NCBI RefSeq assembly: GCF_037042905.1
Contig: NC_087252.1
Span: 14,944,001-15,008,000 of the forward strand
Length of the DNA: 64,000 nt
From: Lytechinus pictus
Taxonomy: Eukaryota
Reading direction: 5' to 3'
The notes beneath the pieces were generated by a model that made no database searches, had not been told where the DNA came from, and saw only the letters and a list, made by a program, of their open reading frames with translations. Positions within the stretch are counted from its first letter, which is position 1. Every line of letters starts with the position of its first letter. Both the position numbers and the translations under genes were made by a program. Below are positions 47,145 through 60,858 of the stretch, in pieces.

Positions 47145-47970
47145 CACTGTAAAAAAAATCTTTGAATCAGTAGTTAACACTTAATGTATTTAAGTAGAAT
47201 TTACAACTTGTAATTATTTTTCGTTGTTTTTAAGTAGTTTCAACTTGTCTTTTAATTTACTTGATTTATTTGGGTTCAATATACATTTAAGAAAATTCAC
47301 GTATTGATAGCTTGCTTTGATTGAGTAAATCTAACTCAATTAGGCAAAGATGATTGTTACTTATAAAATCATGTTGAATGTACTTATATTTTTCAATTAA
47401 CGCCATATTTAAATAATGCATGAATATTCATTAGAGCAAGTAAATGTTTTTTTTTTTTTTAATAACTGTCATATCTATTTGTGTTTGAAATTGTTTTGGA
47501 TAAGGGTGTGCTAACTATTGTATTCTTTTGTTGAATCAATGAAAAGGCAATATTAAATAGTCATTTAGCAGAAAATTATTCTCACTGTTTTATTTGTAAG
47601 AATGAAACGATCGCGTATAAATATAAATGTCAGTACCTATACATGTACAGGTAAGTGACAATTCACAAAGTCTAATATTTGGATAAAACATGTCTAAAAT
47701 GAAAATGATGCCACCAAAAGTGGGACGATGGGGGAGCGGACTTTCGAATCACGAAAGTCCACTCCCCCATTTGATATTTTCAAATATTTTGTTGATTGTT
47801 TTACTTAATTGAATTAAGTTATTGTAACTTAATTTTCTTGAGTAAAATGGAAGCAAAGAAAATAAGTAAATTTTACTTAAAACTGCCAAAGTCATAAATA
47901 CTTGAAAAAATTAAGGCAATTTTTTGCCACAATTTTATTAAGTAATTTCTACTAATTTTGTTTTACAGTG
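47145..47970. mobile_element. TA-target MITE (CACTGTAAAA termini) nested in a GGGGCCC MITE
   Basis: TA duplication; TIR cactgtaaaa / ttttacagtg; host resumes as cggcgccctg at 47973. Confidence 0.75.
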
Positions 47971-49122
47971 TACGGCGCCCTGCATGATCACATCATTCGA
48001 GTTGTGACCGCAAACGTTGGTCCCAAACGAATTATGTGACTGTTTTGTTTTTTTTTTTCAAATGATATCTTATTCATTCCTCTTCAAACATGAAAATCAT
48101 TACAAGAAATCGTATACCATCAATGAACTTTTAAACGTTCAATTATACATAGATGTTTTTAAACCAAACACTTAGAACAATAAAATAGTTATTCAAAACT
48201 ACTTAACATTAAATACATGTAATAACAAAATTAGTGAAAATTACGTTTTTCTTCCTTTTCCATTAAAGACGTTCATTAAGCCTAATTTTCCAAACTAACA
48301 GTTTAAGCAAATTAAGAGGTAGATACACGTTGGTAAATATTCAGCCACCCCCCCTCCCCCTACATACACACACACATCCACGCACCCCCACTCACATTCA
48401 CACACATACCCACACACGCGCATGTACCATCTTTCATTGATTTATTTATTAAGAATGTATGTATTTTTTCCACATGACCTGTGAATATTTGTAAATTTTC
48501 TTGTTAGGTCTTGTTTTAATTGTCAAAGTCTATCACAATTTGTAAATATAGTTCTGATGTTTAGATAGAAGTGTGTAAATTTTATGAAGTACGTGCTATC
48601 TAATGCAAAAGAATATTGTATTTTAAACATTTCTTTGTTTCTGTTAATGTTGTCGATGATGATGATGATTGATGATGATTCATGCTCTAAATGGGAGTTA
48701 GAGCAAATGCAGTGCGTGGTTGACACTGTCGCAACATTTGACAATATCTTACTCCCAGCATTATTCGCAAAATTATGAAAACAAGGAAACTGAGGTCATT
48801 TAAACAGTATCAATATATTCCAGATATAAGTCTATCAGACCTCAGCAGAACAGCCTGTGGCTGAAGAGGGTCATCCAGCCCACGAGTGGAAAATAAATAA
48901 ATCAATCAATCAATAAATAAAAATCACAAATCTTTGAAATAGGTATTGCGTCTTACATGCTTAAGTGATGTTTATGTGTGTCTTTAACGCAATACGTTAT
49001 CTTAATGAGTTAACATGGGTGAAATGAATTTGTAGATATGATGTAGATAATGTATGATATCATTAACAAAAAGACAATGAGCTTATTTGCATACTTGGGA
49101 CAAGTTGTGAATAATAGGCCTA

Positions 49123-49381
49123 CACTGTAAAAACGCTGTTTAAAATTTTAAGAATGTTGTTTAAGCCCATCACTCTTACAACTATTGTTTAAACTTTTAA
49201 ACAAGTTGTTTAAAAAGTTGTTTAAGCAAGTTGTTTAAAAAGTTGTTTAAATAAGTTTTAAAAGATGTTTAAACAAGTTGTTTAAAAAGGTTTAAACAAT
49301 TACAAAATAAAGTTTTAAACAGGTGTTAGAGTGATGAGCTTAAACAACGTGCTTAAAATTTTAAACAGCGTTTTTACAGTG
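49123..49381. mobile_element. TA-target palindromic MITE with ttgtttaa repeats
   Basis: TIR cactgtaaaaacgctgtttaaaatttt / aaaattttaaacagcgtttttacagtg; TA flanks. Confidence 0.85.
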
Positions 49382-49534
49382 TATATAATAAGTTCTGAAA
49401 CTTGTTTGTAGTTTTGTTGACATTGAGATATATCTTTGTTTTATATGCATGTACACGATCATGATTAATAGGATATGTGATTGTAAACTTATTGATTTGC
49501 AGATGTGGAAATCAAATATGATTTAGAACGAAAA

Positions 49535-49750
49535 TGACCATAATAAACATATGATTAGATAAAAATGGTAATGATAATGATGATGATAATAATGTTGATG
49601 ATAATAAGTAATGATGATGATAATATAGTAATTTTGATAAAAATGATAACAAAATAATATAGATAATAATATCAATTATGATAAAAGAACAAGAATGATA
49701 TTATTAATAATGATGTAAAGAAATAATGATAATGATAACCAAAGCAATAA
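49535..49750. repeat. (AAT/GAT)n low-complexity tract
   Basis: Degenerate trinucleotide repeat. Confidence 0.7.
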
Positions 49751-49757
49751 CTATGGT

Positions 49758-50084
49758 CATGGGCGGAAATCCCAGGAGGGACAGGGGGACGTGTCCCCCC
49801 TACCCAAAATAGTCGGGGGACATAATATCAAATGTCCCATCTTCTATTTCTGGTCTTTTATGATGGAGCAAAATACATCACTTCACGATCGAAAAAATAC
49901 ATGTATTTTGGACTAAATGCCCTTACATTTTGGGTGAAAACCTTTTTTTTTTTTTTTTTTTTTGCTTGTCAAATTTTTTGTATTAAAATTACCCCTAACA
50001 TTTTGGGTGATAACCTTTTTTTTTTGCTTGTTAAATTTTCCAGACCCTGGTCCCCCTACCTCTGGGGACAGATTTCCGCCCATG
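49758..50084. mobile_element. hAT-like MITE
   Basis: TIR CATGGGCGGAAATC / GATTTCCGCCCATG; perfect TSD ACTATGGT (49750-49757, 50085-50092). Confidence 0.88.
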
Positions 50085-52303
50085 ACTATGGTTCATGTCG
50101 AAATAAACATGATGATAATTACATTAGAGTGAGAAATATTAATTAAAAAAATGATGCACCGTATTATATTGTAATTATAAACTGGTTCATAAGATGGCTT
50201 ATGTATATCACCCTTTTGTTCTGTTGTAGAAGAAAATCTTCGTTCAGATTGCCCTTATTTATACTGATTTGAATAGCTTTCAAAAGATATGTTTTTTTTT
50301 ATTATTCGTGTTTTGATTGTTATAGGCCTATTGCTTGCAAATATAATTATTGATTTATGTAAAAATCTTGCTTTGTGAAATACAATAACTATAACAATGT
50401 ACTTATTATACCTTTGTTATGAATATGGTGTATTGAATTCCGAATAAAGGCAAAAATATTATAGCCAGGCCTTCGAGTGGTAGTATTCATTTCTCTTTCG
50501 CCCCACCCCCTCTCCCCTCCCCTGCCCTTCATATCCCCTCTCTCTCTCTCTCTCTCTGAAATTCTTATGTGAGACAAATTTTACGGTTACAATTCATTTG
50601 TAGTCTTTTGAGCCTGAAATTGCTTTGTTTTTAAATGGTTTCTTGTACAAGATCTTGATTTATGATTACAAACAATGATTTGAAGAGGAAGAAATGAAAT
50701 ATATTAAACGAAAATAACCACAATAAAATATATTAGTAATAATGGTAATAATGACACTACTCATAAGAGAAAGAATGATGATGATACTGATACTAATAAT
50801 AAGATAGATTGATAATCTAGTGTACCCCCCCCCCCCCCAACCGAGTTTGTCTACACTATTGAGTATTGGTATATGAATTTCAATAATTAATAGCCTACAT
50901 GTATTTGATTTATCGCTTTGTCTAAATTCCACTTATAGACTTTACTCATTTCTTGTAATAAAAAACTGATCAACTAAATGAATAAATAGATAAGATTATT
51001 AACAAATATGCATTATTATTAAATTTCCAATAAACTTAATACTCACCATTCCAGTTCATCCAATGAATTAGATCCGAAATGTATCCACACCATCAAAACT
51101 CGACTAAAAGAAGCAGTCATCAAACATCCAGTATAACTGATAGAACGAGTCGTTGAGGGCACTATACAGATTGCAACGCGAATAACATGAACTTCAAGAG
51201 CTCTTTCTAGATCTACGGGGCTTTCACAATTGCTCATGTGACCGTTTGCAGTCAAAATATTCAAAATATATTTTGTACACGATCGCAACGGTAGTAAGCA
51301 GTCGCATCATTGTGAAAATACGTCGTTTAGTTTAGTTTATTGCAGCGATGTTGTAGGACTAAGCCTGTTCATCGATCAAAGTAGAATGTCTATTGCTGCT
51401 CTCATAGCTTTAGTTAAGTCGTAGTTGATAATATTAGTACCGTTTAAATCTCTGCGAAAGTGAAATCCAAGGTTGTTGCACAAATCTCAACATTGTAAAA
51501 TAAACGTATCGGGTTATAGAAGTGGACTCCTCAAGATCGTAAGAAGTGAAGCTAAAACGTTCTTCAAAAAATGGTTCCGATCAAGCCACGCCTTTAAGTA
51601 AAATGATTGGTTAAACGAAGTTTGTTGACCGTAAACAATAGCTGTAATTCGTTGGTAGCTTGAAAACAATTGTTCAGAAAATGGTGTGCCAGCTTTGGAA
51701 TTCGCGTACATGTAAAGGCATCACAAAACAGGAATGTTTGTACGTTCAAAAATATGTGAAACATGTACCTTACAAAGGTGAACGGACTTAAAAAAAAAAA
51801 AAAAAAGTTATGTGCGATGCACTTGCTACGATTGTATTATGAACCAAACTTTCATTTCAAAAGGTGGAATTTAGAACATCTTTCCATTACACTAAATTCC
51901 AGTCAGGCCACCGCACACCTTACGACTTGTCCACGATCCGGTTTTGAAAGAAACCGCATTTTGCTCATTTTATGAAAATGTGAATTTGAGGCTCAAATTA
52001 ACTGAAAGAATACTAATAGAACGATTTTGGATAATTGCAAGCCTACATGTTGGAGTAAAGGCAAAATTAGCTTCAAATCGCAGCCAATCGTGCGATTGTT
52101 TTGATGGCATTACGACTAGGCCCTAAGTATTAACTTTTATTCTAAGGATGATCAAGCTGGTCACAGATTTGAACATAGGTATTCTTAAGATGATTTAGAA
52201 CATTACACAGTAAGATATTCCATGTCTCAATATTAGCATCACATTCTACTACGTTTTATTCCAAAATCGGGTCGCAGACCTATGGTGAGGTGTGCGGTGG
52301 CCT

Positions 52304-52905
52304 TTAAAGGGATGGTCCATGCTGGAGATATTTATATCTCAATAAATAGAGTAAACTTCACAGAGCAAAATGATGCTCAAAATTTGATCAAAATCGGAAA
52401 ACAAATAAAGTTATTGAATTTTAAACATTTGCATTATTCTGGTGAAACAGTTCTAGGCATGTCTTCATGAATATTCATGAGGTGGGCTGATGATGTCATA
52501 TCCCCACTTGTTCTTTTGTATTTTATTACATGAAATTAGGTTTATTCAACATTTTTCTCTCAAGACCTAAAACAATTGGATTGACAACTGATTAGGTGCA
52601 TTAGTTATTCATTGCCGCAACTTATTTAATCATAATGGAGACACATCATTTACACATGTACGAAAAAATGAAACAATTATGATTTCATGTAATAACATTA
52701 AAAACAGGAAAGTGGGGATGTGACATCATCAGCCCACCCAATGAATATTCATGACGATGTGCATTTAACTGTTTTCACAAAATATTGATAAACTTTAAAA
52801 TTCAATAACTTCGTTATCCAATTTTGATGAAATTTTCAGCATTGTGCTCTGTGAATTTTACTCTTTTTTATTTATAATTATTTTCAGCCCGGACCATCCC
52901 TTTAA
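52304..52905. mobile_element. Kolobok/T2-like MITE
   Basis: TTAA-AGGGATGGTCC ... GGACCATCCCT-TTAA. Confidence 0.85.
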
Positions 52906-52937
52906 ACCAAGTAATGGTTCAACCAAATAGTAAGAAA

Positions 52938-53581
52938 CCAAGTGGGTTTAGCCATGATGGTGTCAGAAGACCCAAGAATGAGCCCAAGTGGATTTAGCCA
53001 TGGTGGTGTCAGAAGATCCAAGAATTAGACCAAGTGGGTTTAGCCATGATGGTGTCAGAAGATCCAAGAATTAGACCAAGTGGGTTTAGCCATGGTGGTG
53101 TCAGAAGATCCAAGAATTAGACCAAGTGGGTTTAGCCATGGTGGTGTCAGAAGACCCAAGAATGAGCCCAAGTGGATTTAGCCATGGTGGTGTCAGAAGA
53201 TCCAAGAATTAGACCAAGTGGGTTTAGCCATGGTGGTGTCAGAAGATCCAAGAATTAGACCAAGTGGGTTTAGCCATGATGGTGTCAGAAGATCCAAGAA
53301 TTAGACCAAGTGGGTTTAGCCATGGTGGTGTCAGAAGATCCAAGAATTAGACCAAGTGGGTTTAGCCATGGTGGTGTCAGAAGACCCAAGAATGAGCCCA
53401 AGTGGATTTAGCCATGGTGGTGTCAGAAGATCCAAGAATTAGACCAAGTGGGTTTAGCCATGGTGGTGTCAGAAGATCCAAGAATTAGACCAAGTGGGTT
53501 TAGCCATGATGGTGTCAGAAGATCCCAGAATTAGACCAAGTGGGTTTAGCCATGATGGTATCAAAAGATCCAAGAATTAGC
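52938..53581 (+). repeat. 46-bp minisatellite, ~14 near-identical copies
   Basis: Unit ccaagtgggtttagccatggtggtgtcagaagatccaagaattaga, head to tail with no spacers. Confidence 0.95.
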
Positions 53582-53727
53582 CCATCTGCTTGTAGACCAA
53601 GCAGATATAAACTGGAGACCAGTGGGATATTTTGAAGGTTTAAGAAAACTTTTCATCTCATCCATGTCGATCAATGAAAAACATCAAACATCTCATCCTG
53701 CATTCACAACTCATAGGTGTTCGTAAG

Positions 53728-54329
53728 TTAAAGGGGTATATACTCCAGGCTGAAAATGATATGATTTGAACAGATTATTAAAGAAAAATTAGACAAACAA
53801 ACACTGAAAATTTGATCAAAATGGGACAAGAATAACAAAGTTATGGTGTTTTCAAGATTTGCATAATATTCCAGTGGAACAGTTCTAGGCATGTCTCCAT
53901 GAATATTTAATGAGCAAACTGAAGTCATATCCCCCACTTGTTCTTTTTATTATATGAAATTAGGTTTGTTCATTTTTTTTCTTTCAAGAACCAAAAATAT
54001 TGGAATAACTGATTACTTGCATAAGATATTCGTTGCTGTAAATGTTCCATTATAAGGGAGACATATCATTCACACAAGTATGAAAAATGAGAGAATTCTG
54101 ATTTCATGTAATAACATAAAAAAATGAAAGTGGGGATGTGACATCATCAGCCTATCTAATGAATATTCATGACAACGTACATACAACTTTTTTTCGCAAT
54201 ATATTGCTAATCTTTAAAATTAAATAACTTTATTTGTTATCAGATTTTGTTGAAATTTTCAGCATTTTGCTCTGAATTTTACTCTATTCATCGAGGTATA
54301 AATATTCTCAGCCCAGAGCATCCCTTTAA
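53728..54329. mobile_element. Kolobok/T2-like MITE (same family as 52304-52905)
   Basis: TTAA-AGGGG..ctccaggctga ... tcagcccagagcatccct-TTAA; colinear similarity to the 52304 copy. Confidence 0.8.
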
Positions 54330-54677
54330 GAGTGACTAGTGATCCTTTCTTGTGGTTAATTATATTCACCATCAAATGTTCATTGGTGATTATTTAGTGC
54401 GTATGAAAGGTTCAGTCGCTCTTAATTTATAAACAGCTTTATGAAACACCTACCAGGGATGTAGTCGAGGCCTGCCTTGAGGCCAAATCTTGCCAGCCTT
54501 GGCCTCGGCCCCAGTCAAGTGTACAAAGTCTATGAGAGAAGAAATTCTCCAGCAGCGTCTTGACTCAAAGTACTACCAGCCTCAACTACATCAATGCAAC
54601 CGATTCTCAATCTCCTCTTGCTCTTTCTTGCTAGATACTTTCATCTGTATCACTACACCACCCAACAGTCCTCTTAG

Positions 54678-54826
54678 CAGGGATGTAGTCGAAGCCGGTA
54701 CTTTCGAGTCGTGATGCTAATGGAGAATAAAAAACCTTCTCCCATACGCTTGGTACAATACAGTATGTGAATCAGGCTGAGGCCGAGGCCAATGCTGGCA
54801 AAAATATGGCCTCGACGACGTCCCTG
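54678..54826. mobile_element. Small hAT-like MITE; extra left-end copy at ~54453
   Basis: cagggatgtagtcga / tcgacgacgtccctg. Confidence 0.5.
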
Positions 54827-55919
54827 CCTTTTTGGACTACCCACATGGTGAACTGCAAGCCTCTCCCACATCTCTTGCATTTTCCTTTTCTATTCTTCTC
54901 TCTTGCCAAAATTTCTTCTTGATATTCTCATCTCTTCTCTTCTGATTACAAAAGAGGTGGAATACTTCTGATCGTTCTGATGCAAATGTCAGTAGATGAT
55001 AGGGGCAGTCTCAATTTAAGCATTTCCTAATTCATGTGCCAGCAATGTTTATTATCGCGAGAGGCTATTTTGGTTGACCACTTTTTTTCCCTTAAGAAAT
55101 ACAAACTAACACAGGTTGCAAATGAGAAAGGAAAGAATAAAAAAATTGAACTTAAGGCTGAATCCCAAGCGCAGAGAATATGAATTAATCAGTAGAATAA
55201 GCAATGAGATCCCAATGAAAATGATAGTGCTTGAATAAGGTCATAGTCAGATTAACGGAGAAACACTGTGATATATTCTTTGTGTTGGGTTGGTCGACCA
55301 AACTCTCAGGATGAACGTATATTAGTGACGTCACAAGAAGGGCACAACTTGCGTGTATGGACTATGAATGGCGCAAGCTTAAACTCCCAGGGGAGCGTTT
55401 CATCAACATTTTGTCCGATAAGTTGTCAGATCTGACACTTTTCCTTACATTTGATTGGCCGAGAGGCATGGTTACTATGGTAACAGTTGGATGAAACGGG
55501 ACTTGTCTGATAAAACGCATGACAAGTCCTTTCATGAAACGCTCCCCATGTCAAAAATATCCAGAGACAAAGTTTGACATGCAGCTTTTTCAAACAGCGT
55601 TTGTCAATGGTACATGTATACAAGTAACGCACAGCCCTGCGGACTTGTCAGACGTTTTATCCAATGAGTCTTTTTATCCGACAGTTGCCACAGTTTAAGA
55701 ACAGTGCTTCTCAGTCAATATCAAGGAAAGCTGTCAAATCCGAATGTCGATGAAACGCTCCCCTCAGTGCATTGGGTCAAATTAGCACATACAAGATTTA
55801 ATTCTCTATAGTGCAGCAGAGTGACTTACTTTGGAGTGGACAATTTTGAAGTTATCAAATGAGCTTGTTTGAAAAGATGCATGAACAAGAACACAAACAT
55901 GGATAAAGTCTATACATCA

Positions 55920-55925
55920 TTTATT
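55920..55925 (-). terminator. Candidate polyadenylation signal (AATAAA) of ATP5PF
   Basis: tttatt on +, ~660 nt downstream of the stop, followed by a GT/T-rich tract on the - strand. Confidence 0.45.
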
Positions 55926-56244
55926 CAAACACTGATAGAATTTCAGTGCATTGCTACGATATCTTCACATGTATAAATTCAATATAACACTCTTCCAATC
56001 CTATAACATGGCGTGAATCAACCCCAAATGCTCACAAATGCATCAAATAGCATCTCTATTCAATTTTTTTCATCGAATCAAATTGCCATTCTGTCATATC
56101 CGGTCATGTACAGTATGTAAAAATACCCCCCCCCCCCCCCACTTCAAAAAAGAGATGAAGAGATAATACTCCTAAAAGCAGATTACGTGCTTAAGAGCCC
56201 ATCAAATGCAATCTTGATATTACAGAGGTTCATGGAAATGATGA

Positions 56245-56468
56245 AATGTTGCTGCTACAAGAGTACGTTGCTGCCAAAATGGGTATGTTGCTCTCAAAAT
56301 GAGTACGCTGCTGCCAAATAAACTATGTTGCTGCAACAGAGTATTTTACTCCCCCAATAGAATATGTTGCTGCAACACAGAGACGGTTGCTGCCAAATGG
56401 AGTACGTTGCTGACACATACAATATGTTGCTACCACATATATTATGTTGCTGCCACATAGAGTATATG
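56245..56468. repeat. Degenerate ~20-bp tandem repeat (atatgttgctgccaaatagag) in the probable ATP5PF 3' UTR
   Basis: ~11 units containing gttgctg. Confidence 0.75.
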
Positions 56469-56586
56469 CCTGGATGGATGAGACGAGATCATTTCTCTCT
56501 GGTATTCACTGCACAAAGGTATATAGATAATGAATGGCATTTATCTATTTCATTGAGTCTCTATGTACACAATGATGACTTCTCAC

Positions 56587-59500
56587 TTATTTCTTCTCTT
56601 CCACGGCAAAGTCAATATCTATAAACAGAAAAGAGAAAATAAAGATCAAATTATGAATAGGAGATATATAATAGACGATGATCAGATGTTAGAAATTACA
56701 AACAAAAATCATATCCTGAAATTTTCTGCCAATTCCATGGATTGGAATATGTTTTACATCAAAATGAAAAAAAAAATACACAAAGAGTACCTGATGTCCT
56801 GATCAAAATATTTTTTAGTGAAATTGAAAATTTACAATGTAAAACACATAGATCCTATCATCCACATCAAACCTGTTTTGGGTCATTTAGAATTACATTC
56901 ATATTATCTTGTATTAGTAATGTAAGCAAGAGCATGGATTTACCAACAGTCTTTAATATCGTTACTCTGCCATTACATTTATAGTAATTACTCGGGCTCC
57001 ACAGTATTGCATGTTTGGGTATTCAATTCACCATAACTGTAAAAATAACCCTATGACAGGCAGTATACTATTATTTTGCATTAATTTCTTTTTTTTCGGG
57101 GGGGGGGGGCTACTTTTCATTCACAATTTACTGTCTAAATCTGCAATACAGGATAAGCTTTAACACTGAGATGAATGGGGATTTTCAGGGATCCTTTTCT
57201 TAAGTTTCAAAATTTTGGCTTTTTTCATCATTTTGTGGGCAAAATCACCCCCAGCCCCCATGCATCTTTTTTACCTGCCCATGATAATGAATAAGTCACA
57301 TATTGTTATTTAAAGTTATGTTCACATGCCACCTTTTTTTTGGGGGGGGTGAGGGGGGGGGGGCAAAGAACTACAGAATGTAGATGGGAGAAGGTATATA
57401 TATATATATATTGGTTGGGTGACACATTCATGATCCTTTTGCTGGGACCCTAGCTTGAATAAGAATGACGGGAATACTGTCCATGTTTAATAACAGCTCA
57501 AAGTACATTTCTTGTATGAAATGTATAAAACTTAAGTTGTTTATAATATCGGGAATGGAGATATATAATTGACCTAAAATTGACTACTAAATATAATAAT
57601 GTCACAGAATTTTAGTATTATCATCTTGTGCTGCCTTATTAATTACTAAATACAGTTGTGCTCAAAAGGTTAGTGAACCCCACCACAAAATGCACTCCTT
57701 ATCGCTGAGTGTCAAATGAAGACAACAGCACTACAATGTTCGACAAGCCCAGAAAAACAAACTTGATTTAATGTACTAGTAATATGTTCTCATCTGACTT
57801 TACATTTAAACATCTAAAACATGGCAGAACTTGAATACTTTGAATATGTCCATTTTCTGGTGGGATTCCCTAACTTTTGAGCAGCAATGTACAAACCTTA
57901 ATTTTCATTGGCAACTTTGGTTCTGTTATGGCATAGTGTAAAATTCACTTTAATGCAGAATGGCGGTTAAGAAGATCTCACCTTTGAATTCAAATGTAGG
58001 GAATTGCGTCATGTCACCTCCTCCAAACATCTTGTTGAGTTTTCCGATCTCCGTCTGCATCTGTTTCTCTGTCTGAGCGTCAGAGTCTACCAATTTACCG
58101 CCAGCTGACCTGTAATATCATGACACGTGAGAGTAAATTGCAAAGCGTGACCTGCCACCCAAAAATCATACATGTACATGTAAGTCGCCAAGAACAGTGT
58201 ATTAGCTACAGTGGACGGCGGTGGTCAGGGCAAAACCAGCACAGATTTCTTGCTTATGTCAGAGTGTTATTACATTGATATTCCTTCACTTTTGGCTTTA
58301 AGACCGCTATCTCAGCCTGAAAAAAAATCTGTAATGCCGTGAAATAGCAACCATCAGTAAATGAGTATAGCTAGAACACTGGCCCAGAATGATATTTAAG
58401 ATTTCGATTGAACTTGAAAAAAACGCATCCTTAGCTTTGAAATGAAGAATAGCTTGTCAAAATTGATCAACAATACCCAACACACGTGCTTGGTTGAATG
58501 TAGAATCAAATGAGTGAGAGCTTCAAACAATATAAGGAGAAAACAAGTTTTAAAGTGTAAGGTTCTCTCAAGCATGAGATGTGCACACTGTACAAATCTC
58601 ATTGAAACTTCCAAGCAGTTCACAAAACGTGATATCAGATAAACTCTCGTATCTTTCCGTTTTTAACTTTACAACTTCAGATTTTGACGGTAGGAAGAAA
58701 TTGTTCTTTCAGATAAGCTTATTTTCTCACTAGTGCTGCAAGTCAGGCGGCATGTTCGGGTTCTGTTCGGTTCGGCAGGGTTCGGCAAATTTTTTCCGAA
58801 CTTTGGTTCGGTTCGGCGTTCGGCAATAAATGCGCAATTAAATTATCAACATATAAAACCAAGGATTGCCAACCCTCGATAAAATTATCATATGCAATTT
58901 CTGTCGTTTATTTATAATAAATTTTGTTTCTAAAAAGAATGGTTATAAAAATTGCTGCATAACTTTCTTTTATTTATTTCAATCTTGAAACCAAAAATAA
59001 GAGTCATTTCTACTTTCATTTTTAAATTGAATAAAAAAAAACAAAGAAAATAATATTGATAACGAGAGAATGAGGACAGAAACAGAATTACAAAGAACAG
59101 AATATTTTTTGTTCATTGATTATTCCATGTAGATATGATCATGATTGATTACAATGCCATTGCAAACGCAGCTTCTCCGATTGGAAAGTGTTGATCGGGA
59201 TTGTCGGAACAGTAGACAAACAACCTCCACTCAACTGTTATTATACTGGTAAAATTCACATTCCAACGAATATGAAATCTTTTAGAAAGTCCCTATTTTC
59301 TGAAAAGTGGTTAAATCTGGTCAATCAATTACTTTAAAAAGATAAAATATCAGTCCATTCTTGGTCCCGAAAGATCGACACTCGAGTGACTTCAAACATA
59401 TTTCCAACACGAAAATGAGTACATGGGACTGTACTGTGTATTTTAGTGTTATGAAATCACTCGGCGTTGATCGTCAGAACCAAGACGGAACTGAAAGTTT

Positions 59501-60858
59501 ATCATTTCATTTTCAGTAAATGACCAGATTAAACCACTTTTTAGCAAATATTGACAATGGAAAAACATTTCAAATTCGGAATATGAATTTTACCAGCGTA
59601 ATAGCAACTGAGAGCAGGTTGTTTGGACTTCCTGTTTCAACTTTCCTTATCAACCATTTCCAGTACACGATCAGGGAACATGCGTTGACTTGCTTTGAAT
59701 TTTTATCATTTCTGTTTTTTCTAACCTCATTCCTTCATCTCTTATTAATTTATTTTTAATATTGATATGTATATTTCAGAAGGTGAAATATACATACTTT
59801 ACCATTACTTTGTCAGTCACAAGGAATGAATTTATGTCATTTTTTTTCTATTATTAAATACAAAACAATTACATGGACGCCCGATCACAATCATGATCGA
59901 TTACACTTATACGTAATTCAACTTCACTTTTTAACCGAGTTTAGCTTAAATGTCCCCACATTTTATGAGAAAAAAATAAATTCATGGTAATAAAAAAATT
60001 GAGACTGATAAAAATTCAATCAAAGACGAGACCAAAGCTGTCATACTTTGTCATTTACGAGGAATGAATTTATGTCTTGTCCTTTTTCTTAAATAGAAAA
60101 CAATTAGGTCCGATTACGATCATGATCGATTACGGCAATACGTAATTCAACCACACTTTTATACCGAGTTTAGCTTCAAATGTCCCCTCATTTAATGAAG
60201 AAAAAATATATTCATGTTAATAAATATTCTTAAGTTGATAACAATTCAATCAAAGACAAGATGTGAGCTTAAATGGTGGATTTAAAAAATATTTTGTGTG
60301 GAATTCTTATTGTGCACAATCACTAACCAATATTTTTTTTTCATTTTATATTTAAATATATGTAGTCCCCACTTTTATTCATATAATGTAGTGAATAAAT
60401 ATGCCAAATTTTTTTTTTTTACCGAACCACCGAACCAGGCCTTTGTGTTCGGTTCGGTTCGGTCCGGTTCGGAAGTGCCAAGTTCGGCGAACTTCCGTTC
60501 GGTTCGGCAGTTCGGCTACAGCACTATTTCTCACTCTCATGGGGTGAAGTGATACACAAAATGTTCCATCACCACTCACCAGGATTCCAGATTGACAGCG
60601 GACGACAGACCTTCCATGGGCTCAACTTAAAAAACATGCCCAGCATTATAGTTATTTTAATTCTGAACTACTCAAAACTCACTTCTTCTTGTTACTGTAT
60701 TCCCTGATTTTATCCACAAAGAGCTTCTGGACCGGGTCTGCGGGGGCTGCAGCTTTGGTCTTGGCCATGACGACGCTACTGACCCCGAGGTTGCGCCTCA
60801 CCAGCACGGTTAAAGCCGGCCTCACCTGGCTTCCTGTACGTAATACCTGCTGCAGCAT
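56587..60858 (-). CDS. ATP5PF: Mitochondrial ATP synthase peripheral stalk subunit F6 (coupling factor 6), 3 coding exons, 111 aa
   Basis: Exons 60858-60683, 58109-57982, 56618-56587; MLQQVLR..RRNLGVSSVV..DPVQKLFVDKIREYSNKKKSAGGKLVDS..FGGGDMTQFPTFEFKDIDFAVEEKK*; GT-AG, phases 2 and 1. Confidence 0.93.
57653..57889. mobile_element. Tc1-derived MITE
   Basis: TA flanks; terminus CAGTTGTGCTCA identical to the Tc1 at 2036; inverted end ttttgagcagcaatg. Confidence 0.7.
58731..60526. mobile_element. hAT-like non-autonomous element in ATP5PF intron
   Basis: TIR TAGTGCTG / CAGCACTA; perfect TSD TTTCTCAC (58723-58730, 60527-60534); subterminal GTTCGG arrays; internal ~240-bp tandem duplication ~59795-60260. 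Confidence 0.88.

Noticed and set aside
52938..53581. CRISPR-like regular array
   Set aside because: Units are head to tail with no unique spacers, there are no cas genes, and the context is eukaryotic; it is a minisatellite
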